From NCBI GenBank assembly GCA_002269645.1, contig NIVC01001640.1, positions 1 through 53,798 on the forward strand: a DNA stretch of 53,798 nt, read 5' to 3'. Made by a program: the position numbers and the translations under genes. Numbering within the stretch: the first letter of the stretch is position 1; every line of letters begins with the position of its first letter. Below the pieces are notes generated by a model. It saw nothing but the letters and a program-made list of their open reading frames with translations. It was not told the origin of the DNA and ran no database searches. The DNA is from Macrostomum lignano. Its lineage: Eukaryota. This document shows positions 51,960-53,798 of the stretch, piece by piece.

Positions 51960-53670
51960 CTACATCTCATCTCCGCCTGATTAGTCTCCTGTCTCTCATT
52001 TGCATCTCATCTCCACCTGATTAGTCTCCTGTCTCTCATGTGCATCTCATCTCCACCTGATTAGTCTCCTGTCTCTCATTTGCATCTCCTCTCCTCTATG
52101 AGATTAGTTTCCTGTCTCTCATTTGCATCTCATCTCCACCTGATTAGTCTCCTGTCTCTCATTTGCATCTCATCTCCACCTGATTAGTCTCCCGTCTCTC
52201 ATTTGCATCTCATCTCCACCTGATTAGTCTCCTGTCTCTCATTTGCATCTCATCTCCACCTGATTAGTCTCCTGTCTCTCATTTGCATCTCATCTCCACC
52301 TGATTAGTCTCCTGTCTCTCATTTGCATCTCATCTCCTCTATGAGATTAGTTTCCTGTCTCTCATTTGCATCTCATCTCCACCTGATTAGTCTCCTGTCT
52401 CTCATTTGCATCTCATCTCCACCTGATTAGTCTCCCTCTCTCATTTGCATCTCATCTCCACCTGATTAGTCTCCTGTCTCTCATTTGCATCTCATCTCCA
52501 CCTGATTAGTCTCCTGTCTCTCATGTGCATCTCATCTCCTCTATGACATAAGTATCCTGTCTCTCAAATACATCTCATCTCCTCTATGAGATTAGTCTCT
52601 CATGTACATCTCATATCCGCCTGATTAGTCTCCCGTCTCTCATGTGCATCTCATCTCCTCTATGACATAAATCCTGTCTCTCAAATACATCTCATCTCCT
52701 CTATGAGATTAGTCTCCCGTCTCTCATGTGCATCTCATCTCCTCTATGACATAAGTATCCTGTCTCTCGAATACATCTCATCTCCTCTATGAGATTAGTC
52801 TCATGTCTCTCAAATACATCTCATCTCTTCTATGAGATTAGTCTCCCGTCTCTCATGTGCATCCATCTCCTCTATGACATAAGTATCCTGTCTCTCGAAT
52901 ACATCTCATCTCTCTATGAGATTAGTCTCATGTCTCTCAAATACATCTCATCTCCTCTATGAGATTAGTCTCCCGTCTCTCATGTGCATCCCATCTCCTC
53001 TATGAGATTAGTCTCCCGTCTCTCATGTGCATCTCATCTCCTCTATGACATAAGTATCCTGTCTCTCGAATACATCTCATCTCCTCTATGAGATTAGTCT
53101 CATGTCTCTCAAATACATCTCATCTCCTCTATGAGATTAGTCTCCCGTCTCTCATGTGCATCCCATCTCCTCTATGACATAAGTATCCTGTCTCTCGAAT
53201 ACATCTCATCTCCTCTATGAGATTAGTCTCATGTCTCTCAAATACATCTCATCTCCTCTATGAGATTAGTCTCCCGTCTCTCATGTGCATCCCATCTCCT
53301 CTATGAGATTAGTCTCCCGTCTCTCATGTGCATCCCATCTCCTCTATGATATTAGTCTCCCGTCTCTCATGTGCATCTCATCCACCTGATTAGTCTCCTG
53401 TCTCTCATGTGCATCTCATCTCCTCTATGAGATTAGTCTCCTGTCTCTCATTTGCATCTCATCTCCACCTGATTAGTCTCCTGTCTCTCATGTACATCTC
53501 ATCTCCTTTATGTGATTAGTCTCCTGTCTCTCACGTGTATCTAATTTCCGCCTGATTAGTCGAGAATCGAACCCCTGACCTTCAAGTCGTGAGTCCGACG
53601 CTCTAATCACTAGGCTACAACCCTTTTATAGCTCTCATGTATCTCATGTGCACCTCATCTCATCTCCTCT
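51960..53670. repeat. ~40-42-bp satellite (CATCTCATCTCCACCTGATTAGTCTCCTGTCTCTCATTTG and variants) with higher-order blocks
   Basis: Tandem units read directly. Confidence 0.95.
53559..53623 (-). mobile_element. tRNA-like SINE head fragment, same family as 32530-32838
   Basis: The minus strand reads GGGTTGTAGCCTAGTGATTAGAGCGTCGGACTC...GGGGTTCGATTCTCGAC, closely matching the head at 32770-32838. Confidence 0.7.
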
Positions 53671-53798
53671 ATGAGAACATTCTTCCATGCGCCAATGCAT
53701 ATGTTGGCAGAGTTACAGAGCTAAGTACAAACAATATATTGTAGAGATGCCGCACAGGGTAAGCGCAATGCATTATAAATCACGCCCAATTGCTGCAG

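Overview
Eukaryotic (animal) genomic DNA with GT-AG introns full of minisatellites. A flatworm such as Macrostomum is plausible, but that is inference only. The highlight is 159-9617: a 9,459-bp element with ~0.93-kb terminal inverted repeats, ACTACT...AGTAGT ends and an exact 6-bp target-site duplication (TAGGGA). It sits in a 16-bp minisatellite inside an intron of a host ADAM gene. It carries only three genes: a Polinton/Maverick-type protein-primed DNA polymerase B split by six spliceosomal introns (three of them cut polymerase motifs A, B and C), a tandem PC4-like ssDNA-binding protein, and a spliced acidic protein of unknown function. It has no integrase, capsid, packaging ATPase or protease. 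It looks like a young, intron-bearing, replication-only 'mini-Polinton' or genome segment that was integrated in trans. Host genes follow: the 3' half of an ADAM ending in a mucin stalk and GPI-like tail, an intronless TRPV-like channel, a secreted F-type-lectin/CUB protein, an alpha1-adrenergic-like GPCR, a mucin-like type I membrane protein, a tetraspanin, and the first coding exon of liprin-alpha. SINEs, LINE 3' fragments, MITEs, a possible Helitron and many tandem repeats are interspersed. All exon models were built by eye from splice signals and reading-frame continuity; no database searches were run.
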